Of a stretch of DNA of 64,000 nucleotides, positions 43,821 to 55,012 are shown piece by piece. The position numbers were made by a program, and so were the translations under genes. The notes under the pieces were generated by a model. That model ran no database searches, was not told the DNA's origin, and worked only from the letters and a program-made list of their open reading frames with translations. This DNA comes from Candidatus Heimdallarchaeota archaeon. GTDB lineage: Archaea; Asgardarchaeota; Heimdallarchaeia; Hodarchaeales; Hodarchaeaceae. Within the stretch, counting starts at the first letter, position 1, and every line of letters starts with the position of its first letter. The stretch spans positions 4,753,414 to 4,817,413 of the forward strand of contig CP070695.1 of assembly GCA_020353515.1 (NCBI GenBank). Direction: 5' to 3'.

Positions 43821-45959
43821 TTAATTTCCAGAAATAGTATATAGTCTATTTTCTTTAAACGGTTTAAAAGTATAACCTGATCCTTGGAAATGGATTTTGG
43901 AAAAAAATTCAACCCAACAAAGACGTAATGACTGAAGGAATGATACTAGTAATTCCAGCGGTATCACAACAAATCCACCTAATATCATACCGGGGAGAAA
44001 TTCAATAAGACTGTGGGCATTACCAGAGAACAATTGGATGAAAACTAGAGAGAGAGAACCATGTACCATTGTATAGGCGAATATTCGTGCAAATGAAATA
44101 GTGTTTGAAATCAATGTTATAAGATAATCAAGTAATTCACCAATTCCATCCATTCCATGTCGAAAATGATAAATTGCAGAGAATATCAGAGGAACTATTA
44201 GTAAAGCAAGTGGGTAACTGATATTTGTTCCAGGAATTGGAAAAACTGGAATTCCCCAGCTAGTAGCGTTTAAACTTTCAAATAGTGTTCCAACTGAACT
44301 AGTAAAGTCAATATGGTGGTGATGCATGATTTCCTCTTGACTTTGAGCAATAGTTTGCAAAGCTCTTAGATCAAACTTACCATTCGTTTCATTTAACCAT
44401 AAAGTAGGATTTGGGCCAAAGGTGAATACTAAAAATACTAACCCAACATAGAAAAGGAAAAACATACCTGGTAAAAATATTGCCTCTTTCTTATCATGAT
44501 CCCACGATCCTAAGAATTGAATAATCAAGGCAGAACCAATAACTATACATCCCAGAAAGATCGCAAGCTCCAATAAAGCAAACTGACCTCCCTCGATTTC
44601 AGGTGAAAACCATAGAATAGGTAAACCAACTTCTAAAGCATGATGCCCTCCAAGTCCCCGATAACTTCCAAAGAGAAAACCAAATATCATAGCTGTGGAA
44701 CCTAGTGTTACTAGAACTGGACCCCCTCTGTCGAAATAGGTTTGAAGTTCAGCAAGCATGGCATTCTTCGAATATTTCTTAGGACTTAAAGATAAGCCAT
44801 ATAATCCGAGAAGAAAGACTACTAGTCCGTCAATAACATCTCCAAACATGATACCAAAAAAGATTGGAATTAAAATACTCAAAAATTTAGTAGGATCCCA
44901 TTCTTTGTATCCAGGAACACCAAAACCGTAAACAAGTCCCTCGAAGGAGCGTGAATAGATATTGTTTCGTACACTGGTGGGAAATTCGCTACTTTCAAGC
45001 TTTGGTTCAATTATCTCCACAAGAATTGAAGAATCGAATTTTTCAACCGCTTTAAGAAATTTTTTTGATTTCTTTCTCCATAACCATGCCCAAATAATGT
45101 AATGTTGCTTTCGTAATTGGGTACGTTGTAAAATTTTTAATCTATTTCCTTCTAATGATAGTTGTTCCTCCATAGCACGAATAGATAACTCATACTCGTT
45201 AACTAATTCCTTTATTCTATGTTGAAGTATCTCGATTTCTTGTTTACGTCTTGTCAGCTCGTTATTTGCCTGATCGATAGCTTCTAGGGGGGTGTCCTGA
45301 AGTTCTTTCGGAAAGCTGACCTCTTCAAATCCCAATCCACTTAATAACCGATTAAGGGCTGCCTGGTGAGATTTCATTGCTCCTACGAGGCAAATGATCT
45401 TTGCTTTTTTCGAAGGAACGGGAATGAAAACAAAATCCCCCCCAGTGAGTTGATCAAGTGCCATTTCTAGACGATATTGATGAATCCCTTTCAAGAAACC
45501 AAGTGTTGCATAGAAGTGGCTGCCCTCACCTAAATCCTGAATATTCTGGATTTCTAGATTTTTAATTTCTTTTAATGAATTAATTACACTTTCATAACTA
45601 TAAATTTCCTCCCCAAGAACTTTTATCCTCTCTAGTTCCTTTATCAATGATTGAGTGTTCTCTAACAAAGATTGTGCTTTCTCATTGAGATCTAACAATG
45701 AAAGGTCTTCAAGGTTCATGTTTCCTTTGGATTTTGAACCTATCCCATTTAAAAGTTCAACTATTTGCACGAATTCAGCATGTAAGTCGATTGTTCGTGA
45801 TTCTACATCCGTAAGTGACAGTGGTTCAGATTGGGCAACCTTTACCAAGTCGATAATCTCTAATTCGTATTTATTACATACTTGATTAAGGAACTGTCTT
45901 CCCAGTTCCCTTTTAACGCTGATTTTGGCGATGCTCATTTTTTCAGGGCGAAACCCCAC
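43821..45959 (-). CDS. atpI: A/V-type ATP synthase subunit I (a)
   Basis: RPEKM start, P.Y.E.DPT, FFGIMFGD, SNTISFAR (essential Arg) and QSLRL..VEFFSK motifs. Confidence 0.93.
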   Translation of the reverse strand: MGFRPEKMSIAKISVKRELGRQFLNQVCNKYELEIIDLVKVAQSEPLSLTDVESRTIDLHAEFVQIVELLNGIGSKSKGNMNLEDLSLLDLNEKAQSLLENTQSLIKELERIKVLGEEIYSYESVINSLKEIKNLEIQNIQDLGEGSHFYATLGFLKGIHQYRLEMALDQLTGGDFVFIPVPSKKAKIICLVGAMKSHQAALNRLLSGLGFEEVSFPKELQDTPLEAIDQANNELTRRKQEIEILQHRIKELVNEYELSIRAMEEQLSLEGNRLKILQRTQLRKQHYIIWAWLWRKKSKKFLKAVEKFDSSILVEIIEPKLESSEFPTSVRNNIYSRSFEGLVYGFGVPGYKEWDPTKFLSILIPIFFGIMFGDVIDGLVVFLLGLYGLSLSPKKYSKNAMLAELQTYFDRGGPVLVTLGSTAMIFGFLFGSYRGLGGHHALEVGLPILWFSPEIEGGQFALLELAIFLGCIVIGSALIIQFLGSWDHDKKEAIFLPGMFFLFYVGLVFLVFTFGPNPTLWLNETNGKFDLRALQTIAQSQEEIMHHHHIDFTSSVGTLFESLNATSWGIPVFPIPGTNISYPLALLIVPLIFSAIYHFRHGMDGIGELLDYLITLISNTISFARIFAYTMVHGSLSLVFIQLFSGNAHSLIEFLPGMILGGFVVIPLELLVSFLQSLRLCWVEFFSKIHFQGSGYTFKPFKENRLYTISGN

Positions 45960-46059
45960 TCTGTACGCCTCCGTGGAATGTCCTTGACAAGTAATTATCG
46001 ACTTGAGGAATGCAGTTATTATTTATTTCGAGAAAAAAAGATAGCTCAATGGGGATAAA

Positions 46060-47136
46060 ATGGATAATATTGAAACAGAAACTAAAGAAGAACAACCACC
46101 CGTCCATGTTACTACTGAATTATTACCAGATCTTTTATCCACAATGACCCCCAGTGATTTAAACAGCTATTTGCAGATTAAACGACAGAAGCAAGGATTA
46201 ATGAGAGATATTCCTCTTTCTAAATTGTTTTTCCTATTTGAGAGAGAGACTACCTTGAATGTTATATCACACCAAGTTCACCTCTCTGAAACTATTGAAT
46301 TAATTGCAGGCATATTAGTTTCAGAAGATATAAGGCAATATAGAGGATTATTATTGAATATGGAACGAACTGCGATCTATTTCTATTTATTCTATTGGAT
46401 ATTCCGCTTTTTAAACAATTTTAAATCCTCAAGGTTAGCTCTTGAAAGCTATTCTTCATTTTGGTTTTTCTTTGAGTTTCTTTGGAAATTGCAATTCCCT
46501 TGGGGTTTAATCCGTCCAGGAGCCATTCCCCACCCAATAATTCACACACAGATTCCAGAAATCCAAAAAAGCATAAATATCCAACAAAAACATGCTTGGA
46601 AAATAGCCAAGTCTATTGAAAAAAAAACAACAACAAAAAAAACCCTTAAAGAAGTGAAAAACCTTACTTTGGATGTAGTGAAAAAAACGGGAATTACGGG
46701 GCCGTTTGCTCGGGCTTCAGGAACCACTCCACCATCAGTTGGATCATCTTCTTTTTTTAAAAGAAAATCAGCTCAGGATTTTCTTAAATATACTTATGCT
46801 ACTGAAAATAATCTACTAAATGTGTTACGAGTCAGCTATACAGAATTAATTTTGAGTCTAGATCAAATTTCACGATTACTGAAAGAATATTCTATTGTAT
46901 ATCAAGAAACTTCTAATTTTTTGAATGGAGAAGCAACAACTTCTTTTTCGACTACTCTTGGTGAAAGCCATTTAACCCTTAATATTTTAGATAATCAAGT
47001 CACATATTTCAACTTCATTCCTCCTCAAATGCTGAATATAACTGGAGTCGTAGAAAGTCTTTCTACATGTCCAAGCTCCCTACAATCGGTCATTTTATTG
47101 TTTTTTGACCCTGAATTTATTATTAATCTTGGGTGA
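46060..47136 (+). CDS. Degenerate NuoD / group 4 hydrogenase large-subunit-like protein
   Basis: R...NMER, IRPG, GITGPFARASG, GE and C-terminal FDPE align with NuoD/HycE landmarks; no Ni-binding CxxC pairs. Confidence 0.6.
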   Translation: MDNIETETKEEQPPVHVTTELLPDLLSTMTPSDLNSYLQIKRQKQGLMRDIPLSKLFFLFERETTLNVISHQVHLSETIELIAGILVSEDIRQYRGLLLNMERTAIYFYLFYWIFRFLNNFKSSRLALESYSSFWFFFEFLWKLQFPWGLIRPGAIPHPIIHTQIPEIQKSINIQQKHAWKIAKSIEKKTTTKKTLKEVKNLTLDVVKKTGITGPFARASGTTPPSVGSSSFFKRKSAQDFLKYTYATENNLLNVLRVSYTELILSLDQISRLLKEYSIVYQETSNFLNGEATTSFSTTLGESHLTLNILDNQVTYFNFIPPQMLNITGVVESLSTCPSSLQSVILLFFDPEFIINLG

Positions 47137-47505
47137 TTGCTAGTGATACCGTCTCAGCTCCTATTCCTGTCTTTTATCTTAATAATTTTTATCCTCTTAA
47201 TCTTACTAGCTTTAGATATTGATTTTTTAGGTCGTTTATTTTTACGTGAAGAATCTTGGCCCTTTCCCAAAACTTCCTCCCATGAAAATGATGTTGAAGA
47301 CATTAGGCGCCAGATAAATCTTAAGGTTCCTCAAAAAAATCTTGTAGAGAGATTAATCAGAATATGCCCAGTAGAGGCGATTACGAAATCAAGTGGGCCT
47401 GAAGACCCTATAATAATTTCAGAAACACAATGCTTAGGTTATTCTTGCCGTGAATGTTTAAGACTTGTCTTTTCAACACATTATAACACGGAGGCAAGTG
47501 AATAA
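47137..47505 (+). CDS. Membrane-anchored degenerate ferredoxin (NuoI-like)
   Basis: N-terminal TM; RICPVEAI and QCLGYSCREC are partial 4Fe-4S motifs. Confidence 0.5.
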   Translation: MLVIPSQLLFLSFILIIFILLILLALDIDFLGRLFLREESWPFPKTSSHENDVEDIRRQINLKVPQKNLVERLIRICPVEAITKSSGPEDPIIISETQCLGYSCRECLRLVFSTHYNTEASE

Positions 47506-47563
47506 GCCGAAGATACTACTTCAAAATGCTATTCTTTTCAAAAAAGTAAAAAAATTGGAGGAA

Positions 47564-50008
47564 TTATGGTTTGATACCTAATTCCTGTTCCTTTTTCGCA
47601 ATATCAAGTTTTGTTTTCACAACTGTATCTGGATTTAAACTCATAGAATCGATTCCACATTCGACAAGAAATGTTGCAAACTCTGGAAAATCACTTGGAG
47701 CTTGTCCACAAATACCAATTTTTCTACCTTTCTCTTTAGCTGTATCAATAACAGACTTTACCAGTCGCTTTACTGACGTATCTCGTTCATCATAAATATG
47801 TGCAACTAATTCTGAGTCACGATCAAGTCCAAGAGCAAGTTGAGTAAGGTCGTTACTCCCAATTGAGAATCCATCAAAAACTTCCGCGAATCCATCAGCT
47901 TCAATAACATTTGATGGGATCTCAGCCATGACATAAACTTCTAGTCCATTCTCACCTTGTTTAAGCCCTGCATCAGCCATTGCAGCTATAACTTTCCTGC
48001 CTTCTTCTACTGTACGACAGAATGGAATCATTGTAATGACATTTGTTAAACCCATTTCATCCCGAACTCGTTTAATGGCTTTACATTCCATGATGAACGC
48101 TGGTTTGAAGCTTGGATCATAATAACGGGAAGCACCACGCCAACCAATCATAGGATTAGATTCATCAGGTTCATAAAGAGCGCCCCCGATTAAATTGGCA
48201 TACTCATTTGTCTTAAAATCTGATAATCGCACAACAACATCGTTGGGATAGAAACCAGCAGCAATACGTCCAATTCCCATCGCTAAGTTTTCAATAAAGA
48301 ATTCCTCTTTATCTTCATAAGCTGCCGTCTTCTCATCAATCTTTCTAATAATTTCACGGATTTCCCCATCAGTGTCAGCTTTTTCTTTAAGCTCCTCGTA
48401 ATGGTGTAAGGCAAGAGGATGAATACCAATATAGGAGTTTATAATGAATTCTTCCCGTGCTAATCCGACCCCATCGTTGGGGATTTGACCTTGGTCAAAA
48501 GCCTTCTCTGGTATACCCACGTTCATCATAATCTTTGTACGTGTCTCTGGCATTTGATCCAAAAAGATTCTTTCGACATTGAAAGGAAGGATACCTTCAT
48601 AGATAATACCTTCCTGACCTTCTGCACAAGAAGCTGTGACCTCTATACCATCTTTCAATACTTTTGTTGCAGTTTCAGTCCCAATAACCGCAGGAATTCC
48701 AAGTTCTCGAGAAACAATGGCCGCGTGACATGTACGTCCTCCACGATTTGTTACGATTGCAGACGCGATTTTCATAATTGGCTCCCAGTCAGGATCTGTC
48801 ATATCAGTGACTAGTACTTCTCCTTTTTTGAATTCATGAATTCGAGAAGATTTTTCTATGACATTAACTTTACCTTGTCCTATTTTAGACCCTACTGCTT
48901 GACCTTTTACTAGTTCTTTCCCTCTTTCACTCAAGACATATGTTTCAATCACATTAGCAGCTTTCTGTGAATGGACTGTTTCTGGCCGTGCCTGAACAAT
49001 ATAGAGTTTCCCGTCTCCTTCATAATCTCCATCTCCATTCTTGGCCCATTCAATGTCCATAGGTTTTCCATAATGATCTTCAATTATTGCAGCCCACTTA
49101 GCGAGCTGGATGGCTTCATCATCAGAAATACAGAATGATTTTCGCATAGATTCTGGGGTATCAACATTTTTGGTTGGACGACGCTGATCTGAGGTGTAAA
49201 CCATCATTTCTTCCTTAGTTCCAAGGCGTTTTCCAATGATTGGGCGTTTTCCATCTTTCAATGTTGGCTTAAAAACATAAAATTCATCAGGATTGACAGC
49301 GCCTTGAACCACATTTTCACCAAGACCAAAAGCACCAGTAATATATACTGCATCTTTGAATCCAGATTCAGTATCAATTGAGAAAATTACTCCAGATGAT
49401 GCTGCATCAGAACGAACCATGACTTGGACACCTATCGAAAGATAGACATCAAAGTGACCAAAACCCTTATCTTCTCTATAGCTTATGGCACGATTAGTGA
49501 AAAGGCTAGCAAAACATGAACGGCAAGCGTATAACAGTGACTCTTCTCCTCGAATATTGAGATAGGTTTCTTGTTGGCCTGCAAAAGAAGCATCAGGAAG
49601 ATCTTCAGCAGTAGCAGAAGAACGAACTGCAACATCAGCATCTAATGTTCCAATCTCTTCACAGAGTTTGTGGTATGCTTCTCGGATTTCTTTATCTAAA
49701 TCTTCCGGAAGTTTAGCATATCGAATTGTTTCTCTTACTTTCCGTCCTCTCTCTTGAAGATTGCGAATATCATGAGTATCTAGTCCATCTAAAGCTTCTC
49801 TAACTGCATCTTCAATTCCAGCGTCTTTAAGAAGATGGCGATACGCAGCAGCGGTGATAGCAAACCCATTAGGGACTAAAACTCCTTTCTCTTTGAGACT
49901 ATGGTACATTTCTCCTAAAGAGGCGTTCTTTCCTCCGACTAACGGCACATCTTCGATCCTGAGCTCATCGAACCAAAGAATAAACTTCTCGCTTTTATTT
50001 TCTGACAT
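47564..50008 (-). CDS. ppsA: Phosphoenolpyruvate synthase
   Basis: VGGKNASLGEM, VAVRSSATAEDLP.ASFAGQQ, GGRTCHAAI, NPMIGWRG and SIGSNDLTQ motifs; start ATG 50008. Confidence 0.97.
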   Translation of the reverse strand: MSENKSEKFILWFDELRIEDVPLVGGKNASLGEMYHSLKEKGVLVPNGFAITAAAYRHLLKDAGIEDAVREALDGLDTHDIRNLQERGRKVRETIRYAKLPEDLDKEIREAYHKLCEEIGTLDADVAVRSSATAEDLPDASFAGQQETYLNIRGEESLLYACRSCFASLFTNRAISYREDKGFGHFDVYLSIGVQVMVRSDAASSGVIFSIDTESGFKDAVYITGAFGLGENVVQGAVNPDEFYVFKPTLKDGKRPIIGKRLGTKEEMMVYTSDQRRPTKNVDTPESMRKSFCISDDEAIQLAKWAAIIEDHYGKPMDIEWAKNGDGDYEGDGKLYIVQARPETVHSQKAANVIETYVLSERGKELVKGQAVGSKIGQGKVNVIEKSSRIHEFKKGEVLVTDMTDPDWEPIMKIASAIVTNRGGRTCHAAIVSRELGIPAVIGTETATKVLKDGIEVTASCAEGQEGIIYEGILPFNVERIFLDQMPETRTKIMMNVGIPEKAFDQGQIPNDGVGLAREEFIINSYIGIHPLALHHYEELKEKADTDGEIREIIRKIDEKTAAYEDKEEFFIENLAMGIGRIAAGFYPNDVVVRLSDFKTNEYANLIGGALYEPDESNPMIGWRGASRYYDPSFKPAFIMECKAIKRVRDEMGLTNVITMIPFCRTVEEGRKVIAAMADAGLKQGENGLEVYVMAEIPSNVIEADGFAEVFDGFSIGSNDLTQLALGLDRDSELVAHIYDERDTSVKRLVKSVIDTAKEKGRKIGICGQAPSDFPEFATFLVECGIDSMSLNPDTVVKTKLDIAKKEQELGIKP

Positions 50009-50195
50009 AATTCCACACGTCAATGAATTAATAACTAACAACACAAATTAAGACGAATTCCTTACCAAACTTGGTTTATTTCGCCAAGTGGCCTCTTTTA
50101 AACAACGATATATATATGTAATTTAATACAGGATTACATCTACTACTATCATAAATAAAAGAGAAGAAAATAGAGACCGAACACGAATCCTTCTA

Positions 50196-51467
50196 TTATA
50201 ATTGCCTGAAATTAATTCCTGCATAAGTCGCTTGGTCACCTAACTGCTCCTCAATGCGAATTAACTGATTATATTTTGCTAATCTTTCAGATCGACATGG
50301 AGCACCCGTTTTGATTTGGCCCGTTTTTAATCCTACTACTAAATCAGCTATGAATGGGTCTTCTGTCTCACCTGATCTATGTGAAACCATAACTGTCCAC
50401 CCATTATCTTGACTTAATTTTGCCGCATTAATACTTTCTGTGACGGATCCAATCTGATTAACTTTTAACAAGAGAGCATTACAGGCTTTCTTATCAATCG
50501 CTGTTTGAATACGCTTAACGTTGGTAACCAACAGGTCATCTCCCACAATTTGTAATTTATCTCCATTTCTCTTTGTAAATTTTTGAAAAGTTCCCCAATC
50601 ATCTTGATCAAAAGCGTCCTCGATAGAAACTATTGGATATTTTTCAAGGAAATTTTCGTAAACCTCTATAAACGTATCCCCGTCTATACTTTTACCATCT
50701 ACGATGTATTTTCCATCTTCGTAGAATTCAGATGCAGCGGGATCCAATGCAAGCTGAAATTTCCCTGTATGTCCAGCCTCATCAATTGCTTCCATTATAA
50801 ACTTCAAAGGCTCTTCAACCAAGCTTAAAGGTGGGGCAAATCCACCTTCATCACCAACATTGACTGCAGTAGGTCCATACTTCTGTTTGAGAAGTTTTTT
50901 CAATGTATGATATACTTCAACACCTAATACCATTGCTTCTTTGAATGTGGGTGCATCAACGGGCAGTAACATAAATTCCTGAAATGCAATGTCGTTACCG
51001 CCGTGTTCTCCTCCATTAATAACATTTAAACTAGGAACAGGTAACACAAATCGGTCATTACCTCTTAGATTTCCCAGGTGCTCATAAAGAGGGATACCTT
51101 GGGATAATGCTCCCGCTTTGCAAACAGCCATAGAAATTCCTAGAATGGCATTTGCTCCGAGTTTTGACTTATTATCGGTTCCATCCAGTTCAAGCAGTAG
51201 GTTATCAATATCTGTCTGGTTTATTGGATCCATTCCAACCAACTTGGGACTGACACTACCCACATTTGCCACTGCTTGTGACACTGATTTTCCCATAAGT
51301 CTGGTACCTCCATCTCGCAATTCCAGAGCTTCATGGATACCAGTGGAAGCACCAGATGGCACCATAGCCCGAGTAAGCGTACCATCATCAAGTGTACACT
51401 CCACTTCTACCGTGGGATTCCCACGAGAGTCAAACACTTCTCTTGCATAAATTTTTTGAATACTCAC
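50196..51467 (-). CDS. eno: Enolase
   Basis: [33 protein letters not shown] and SHRSGETED motifs. Confidence 0.98.
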   Translation of the reverse strand: MSIQKIYAREVFDSRGNPTVEVECTLDDGTLTRAMVPSGASTGIHEALELRDGGTRLMGKSVSQAVANVGSVSPKLVGMDPINQTDIDNLLLELDGTDNKSKLGANAILGISMAVCKAGALSQGIPLYEHLGNLRGNDRFVLPVPSLNVINGGEHGGNDIAFQEFMLLPVDAPTFKEAMVLGVEVYHTLKKLLKQKYGPTAVNVGDEGGFAPPLSLVEEPLKFIMEAIDEAGHTGKFQLALDPAASEFYEDGKYIVDGKSIDGDTFIEVYENFLEKYPIVSIEDAFDQDDWGTFQKFTKRNGDKLQIVGDDLLVTNVKRIQTAIDKKACNALLLKVNQIGSVTESINAAKLSQDNGWTVMVSHRSGETEDPFIADLVVGLKTGQIKTGAPCRSERLAKYNQLIRIEEQLGDQATYAGINFRQL

Positions 51468-51916
51468 TAGAAAATCTCCTTATAATTTGATCATAAATTT
51501 ATTCTTGATGACTTATTAAATTGATTTGAGTTCCTGCTTTTTTGCTATATTTCTTTCTGATAAATCTTTATGTATTAATAAAAATAAGGGAAAAATCAGT
51601 TTTTATTATTAGAGAATGAAGCTGATTAAATTGAAGGAGTTAATTGAAAAAATTCTAAAAAAATACAAAATTTACCTGATCCAGCTAATTTGGCTGAAGT
51701 AATCGGGAAAATACTGGAATTGAACGATAAATTAACGTTCAATCCATTTTTTAAGCCAAATTTCAGCATAGGATAACCATGGGGTAGGTACACGAACAGT
51801 AAGATGATTGGGTTTAGTAATAATCATCATAGATTTTAAGAAAGACTCTCAAAAGATTGTGGGCATTTTTTGGAAGAGGAGAAAAAGAAAAAAAGATTGA
51901 GGAAGATTAAACTCTC

Positions 51917-52891
51917 TTATCCTCGAATTTTCTTTAAAAGTTCTGGAAGGACTTCGTGGAGATCAGCTATAATAGCATAATGAGCCACATCAAGCATAGG
52001 TGCTTCTTCATCTGTATTAACAGCGATTATTGTTTTTGAGTTCCTCATACCTACAAGGTGCTGAATAGCTCCTGAGATCCCAAGTCCAATATAAAAGTCA
52101 GGTGTGATTGTCTTCCCTGTTTGACCAATCTCATGATCATAAGGTACCCAATCCGCATCTACAGCTGCTCGACTCGCTCCAACCTCACCGCCCAGGGCTT
52201 TAGCTGCTTCATAGATGATTGCAAACTTTTCTTTGCCCCCAACACCACGACCACCTGCAACAATTAATTTAGCTTTCGTGATATCGACTGAAACTTTGGC
52301 TATTATTTCTTCCACAAAGATTTCTCGTTTGTCGCTATCTGAAATAACAGCAGAGAAGTCAGTTACTTCTCCAGATAACGTTTCATCAATTTCTGCTTCA
52401 GGATTATTACCACCCAAAATAGTTACAAAATTTAATTGGTCTTTATCTGCTGACATCGTCCCAAGGAGTTTCTCTTCAAACAAAGGGTGAATTCCAATAA
52501 GATTTTCACCTTCAACACTCAAAGAATTCACAGAGGCGAACATTGCAGAATTAAATCTAGCAGCTAAACGGGGGATTATTTCCTGGCCATATAAACTTGC
52601 TCCAGCCATAATGATAACTGGGGGGGTAAATTGTTTAATTATTGCTTCTAAGGTTCGAGTGTGATAAAGGATGTTTGTTCCTGCAAATTGTGCATCATCA
52701 ACTTTGTGAACTTTCTTTACACCATATTTTATTGTTTCATCAGCTAAATCAGCAATTCCTTGCCCTAAAATTACTCCTTCAATTTCAGCTCCTAGATCTT
52801 TACTAAGTTCTTTTGCGACTGTAAGGCATTCTTTTGTTATCCCCATGATTTTACCTTTGGCTACTTCAATAATTACAAGTATGTTTGTCAT
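51917..52891 (-). CDS. etfA: Electron transfer flavoprotein alpha subunit
   Basis: VAGGRG, GASRAAVD and IGQTGK...GISGAIQH.GM motifs. Confidence 0.95.
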   Translation of the reverse strand: MTNILVIIEVAKGKIMGITKECLTVAKELSKDLGAEIEGVILGQGIADLADETIKYGVKKVHKVDDAQFAGTNILYHTRTLEAIIKQFTPPVIIMAGASLYGQEIIPRLAARFNSAMFASVNSLSVEGENLIGIHPLFEEKLLGTMSADKDQLNFVTILGGNNPEAEIDETLSGEVTDFSAVISDSDKREIFVEEIIAKVSVDITKAKLIVAGGRGVGGKEKFAIIYEAAKALGGEVGASRAAVDADWVPYDHEIGQTGKTITPDFYIGLGISGAIQHLVGMRNSKTIIAVNTDEEAPMLDVAHYAIIADLHEVLPELLKKIRG

Positions 52892-52904
52892 TCCTATTCA
52901 CCTC

Positions 52905-53705
52905 TTATTTATACGCTCCTAGGTTTAACCCTTTCTCCTTTAGAGCTGCTAGTAACTGGTCTACTAATGTTGAGGCATCTTCATCCTTGAAGACCACACA
53001 CTTCTCAGTACGAGGGGGAGGGGCCTCCATTTTGATGATGTTAACGTTGGAGTCTAGAGATCCTGCCTCTAATTCACTTATTTCCCACACAGGAACCTTA
53101 GTTCGGCTCGCTTGCATTATTCGACGTACACTGGTATAGCGGGGTTCTTCAAAATCCCCACTTGATGCAATGCTGAGTATAGCAGGTAATTGAAGTTCTA
53201 TTGTTCTAGTTCCTCCTTCGATGACTTTTTCGACCTTGACCTTACCACCATCAAATGAAATTCGTTCAACCCACGAGGCGGTAGGAAGATCAAGGAACTC
53301 GGATACCATGGGGGCCATCGTAGCTGTACCGTAATCATAACTTTGCATTCCAAATAGAACCAAGTCAAAAGTTCCGATCTTTGTAACCGCGGCCGCTAAA
53401 ATCTTTGCAACAGCAAAAAAATTCGTCACACGTGCCTCGGAATTCTCAATCCTAATAGCCTCGTTACAGCCCATTGCAATTGCCTCTTTAACAACCTTAT
53501 CGGCCATATCAGACCCTAAACACACAGCTGTGACTTTACCTTCGCCTTTCTCCTCAACAATTTTCAAAGCTGCCTCTATAGCATGTTTATCATAATTGTT
53601 TGTCATAACATCTGCTTTATCATCCCGATCCCCTGGGAAGGTCTCATCTGGGGATAAGGGAGCATTTCGATCAATTGTTGCTTTCACAAACACAATTATA
53701 TTCAT
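52905..53705 (-). CDS. etfB: Electron transfer flavoprotein beta subunit
   Basis: MNIIVFVK, D..AIE.A, A.AMG, DLVLFG.QS.D and EPRY motifs. Confidence 0.93.
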   Translation of the reverse strand: MNIIVFVKATIDRNAPLSPDETFPGDRDDKADVMTNNYDKHAIEAALKIVEEKGEGKVTAVCLGSDMADKVVKEAIAMGCNEAIRIENSEARVTNFFAVAKILAAAVTKIGTFDLVLFGMQSYDYGTATMAPMVSEFLDLPTASWVERISFDGGKVKVEKVIEGGTRTIELQLPAILSIASSGDFEEPRYTSVRRIMQASRTKVPVWEISELEAGSLDSNVNIIKMEAPPPRTEKCVVFKDEDASTLVDQLLAALKEKGLNLGAYK

Positions 53706-53731
53706 GTTCAAACTTTCCAATTACATTCTGT

Positions 53732-54979
53732 TTATTGTTGAGCTCTGCCTAGAGTGCCCCGTCCAATGATTGTTTTTTGCATTTCAGAAGTCCCTTCGTA
53801 AATTGTAAGAACACGAGCGTCTCTAAACAATCGTTCAACACGATACTCTCGACTATAGCCATACCCTCCGTGAATTTGAACTGCATCATAAGTAATTTTT
53901 TGCGCAACTTCAGTCGCGAAGTATTTTGCCATTGATGATTCAATTTGTGTATCTTCGTTGTTATCTTTCATTCGAGCAGTGTTTAAATAAAGTAAGCGAG
54001 CTTGGTGTACTTGAGTGGCCATATCTGCCAGCATAAATGAGATAGCTTGATGTTTTCCAATAGGACGACCAAATTGAACTCGTTGATTGGCATAATTGAT
54101 ACTTTCCTGCAATGCAGTTTCAGCAATACCAGCTGACTGAGCTGCGATACCTATACGACTTGATGCTAAACTCCCTAAGACTAACCTTAATCCTCCATTC
54201 TCTTTTCCTAATAAATTTTCTTTAGGAACTTCAGCACGATCTAAAGCAACCTGAGAAGTAATTGATCCATGTAAACCCATTTTTTCTTCTATTCGGACTA
54301 CTTCATAACCGTCACCAGCAATATCAGGATCCACAATAAAAGCACTTAAACCTCTTGGGCCTTGGGTTTTGTCAGTAACAGCAAGGGTAATATTAGTACC
54401 AGCTGCACCACCATGTGACAAGAAGATTTTGTTACCCGTTAAATAATAAGAGTCACCCTCTAATTCTGCTTTTGTAGTAACAGCAGAGATATCAGATCCA
54501 GCATTAGGTTCAGAAAACGCCATGGCTCCTATAGCGTCTCCACTTGAAAGCAGGGGGAGGTATTTTTGTTTAGCTTCTGGAGTCCCATGATTGTTAATAA
54601 TTTCTATACTAAGACTTTGACTCGGAAAAAACATAGAGAAAGCTAATGAGGCTCGTGCTATCAATTCTATAACAGCTGTCCATAACGAATAACTTAATCC
54701 GAATCCATCATATTCTTCTGGGACGATTATCGCAAAGAGGTCATTTTCTTGGCATTTCTTATATAATTCCATCATACCTGAAGGGTAACTAACCTGTTTT
54801 GTTTGAGGATCAAAATGGGCTCCTTCTTCATCCCATTCTTGCTCTTTTTCGATAATTTCATTCATAGCAAGATCATAAACCATCTCTAAGATCATCTGAT
54901 TCTGCTCTTGCTCCTCTTTTGAAAAATTAAAACTCTTAAAAATCTTTAAAATCTGCTTCATGAATTGTACCTCTAGCAT
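53732..54979 (-). CDS. Acyl-CoA dehydrogenase
   Basis: FSEPNAGSD, G.K.F, KMG, R.QFG, HGGYGY and IYEGTSE motifs. Confidence 0.95.
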   Translation of the reverse strand: MLEVQFMKQILKIFKSFNFSKEEQEQNQMILEMVYDLAMNEIIEKEQEWDEEGAHFDPQTKQVSYPSGMMELYKKCQENDLFAIIVPEEYDGFGLSYSLWTAVIELIARASLAFSMFFPSQSLSIEIINNHGTPEAKQKYLPLLSSGDAIGAMAFSEPNAGSDISAVTTKAELEGDSYYLTGNKIFLSHGGAAGTNITLAVTDKTQGPRGLSAFIVDPDIAGDGYEVVRIEEKMGLHGSITSQVALDRAEVPKENLLGKENGGLRLVLGSLASSRIGIAAQSAGIAETALQESINYANQRVQFGRPIGKHQAISFMLADMATQVHQARLLYLNTARMKDNNEDTQIESSMAKYFATEVAQKITYDAVQIHGGYGYSREYRVERLFRDARVLTIYEGTSEMQKTIIGRGTLGRAQQ

Positions 54980-55012
54980 GTGGTAGATTTACACACATGG
55001 ACAATTTTGATT

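Noticed and set aside
51468-51916. Possible small or frameshifted ORF (MKLIKLKELIEKILKK / QNLPDPANLAEVIGKILE) or ncRNA in the eno-etfA gap
   Set aside because: Short, no recognisable family and no convincing structure; cannot be supported without homology searches.
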